Below, in pieces: positions 63,581-64,000 of a stretch of DNA of 64,000 bases (within the stretch, counting starts at the first letter, position 1; each line of letters starts with the position of its first letter). A program made the translations under genes and the position numbers. The notes below the pieces were generated by a model that saw only the letters and a list, made by a program, of their open reading frames with translations, made no database searches and had not been told where the DNA came from. The stretch covers positions 9,155 through 73,154 of IMG/VR virus record IMGVR_UViG_3300009030_000001; one strand, written 5' to 3'. The stretch comes from a virus.

Positions 63581-63817
63581 ATGTCCGACTCCATCCCGTT
63601 GTGTTCGTTCCGCAAGGACGGTCGCATTCGTAGGATCCGGACCGACGAGCCGGGATCCTGGATCAGCCAAGGCTACGAACTGATCGACTGCACCCACGCA
63701 GACGAGAAGGCGATCAAGGATGCCGAGGCCAAGGCTGCGAAAGCACCGAAGCCAAAGCCGGAGCCTAAAGCCGATGCTGCCGCTGCGCCGTCCACGAAAC
63801 CTGACCCGGGGACCTAG
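63581..63817 (+). CDS. small protein
   Basis: RKDG..RRI...E...W..QGYELI plus Lys/Pro/Ala tail; RBS GGAGG. Confidence 0.55.
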   Translation: MSDSIPLCSFRKDGRIRRIRTDEPGSWISQGYELIDCTHADEKAIKDAEAKAAKAPKPKPEPKADAAAAPSTKPDPGT

Positions 63818-63820
63818 TGA

Positions 63821-64000
63821 ATGGTCCTGATCGTCGAGGACGGAACAGGGAAGGCGGACGCGCAGGCGTACGGGTCGATTGCTGACGCCGACGCATACCT
63901 CGCGTCCGTTGGTCGTGACGGCGATGCGACGAATCCATGGACCGGGTTTAGCGAACCGGAGAAGGAAGAATTCATACTCAACGGGACCGTCTATCTCGAC
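63821..64000 (+). CDS. head-tail connector (DnaT-like annotation family), truncated at window end
   Basis: MVLIVEDGTG.ADA.AY.S.ADADAY motif. Confidence 0.75.
   Translation, partial: MVLIVEDGTGKADAQAYGSIADADAYLASVGRDGDATNPWTGFSEPEKEEFILNGTVYLD

Noticed and set aside
1-64000. Genome-wide TGA reassignment
   Set aside because: Many conserved genes end at TGA in ATGA/GTGA overlaps and long genes are intact in the standard code; only two site-specific cases were seen

Overview
The window is most of the genome of a GC-rich tailed dsDNA phage (siphovirus-like), apparently circularly permuted. It opens in the tail tube gene and ends in the first head-completion gene. Gene order: tail (1-11.6 kb); replication, recombination and many small accessory genes (11.6-44.9 kb); an inverted block carrying the large terminase (45.0-48.7 kb); more accessory and membrane genes; then portal, head morphogenesis, scaffold and major capsid (55.4-64 kb). 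I see no integrase and no recognisable endolysin. Three things stand out. (1) A RAMP/Cas7-like gene plus a partner gene are followed directly by a 318-nt GGY-NN pentamer array (VIPR-like RNA-guide locus, 29.1-30.5 kb). (2) A nuclease-less Nop-domain (Tas-like) gene is flanked by two 34-nt dual-spacer arrays with 34 full units in total (TIGR-like, 32.1-34.4 kb). (3) Two small genes missed by the ORF track each contain one in-frame UGA followed 21-22 nt later by a hairpin with a CGUG loop, making them candidate phage selenoproteins (19.2 and 20.5 kb). There are also three non-canonical tRNA-like folds, boxB-like hairpin clusters, a triplicated promoter cassette and a candidate unimolecular spanin. 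All family calls come from motifs recognised by eye; no searches were run.
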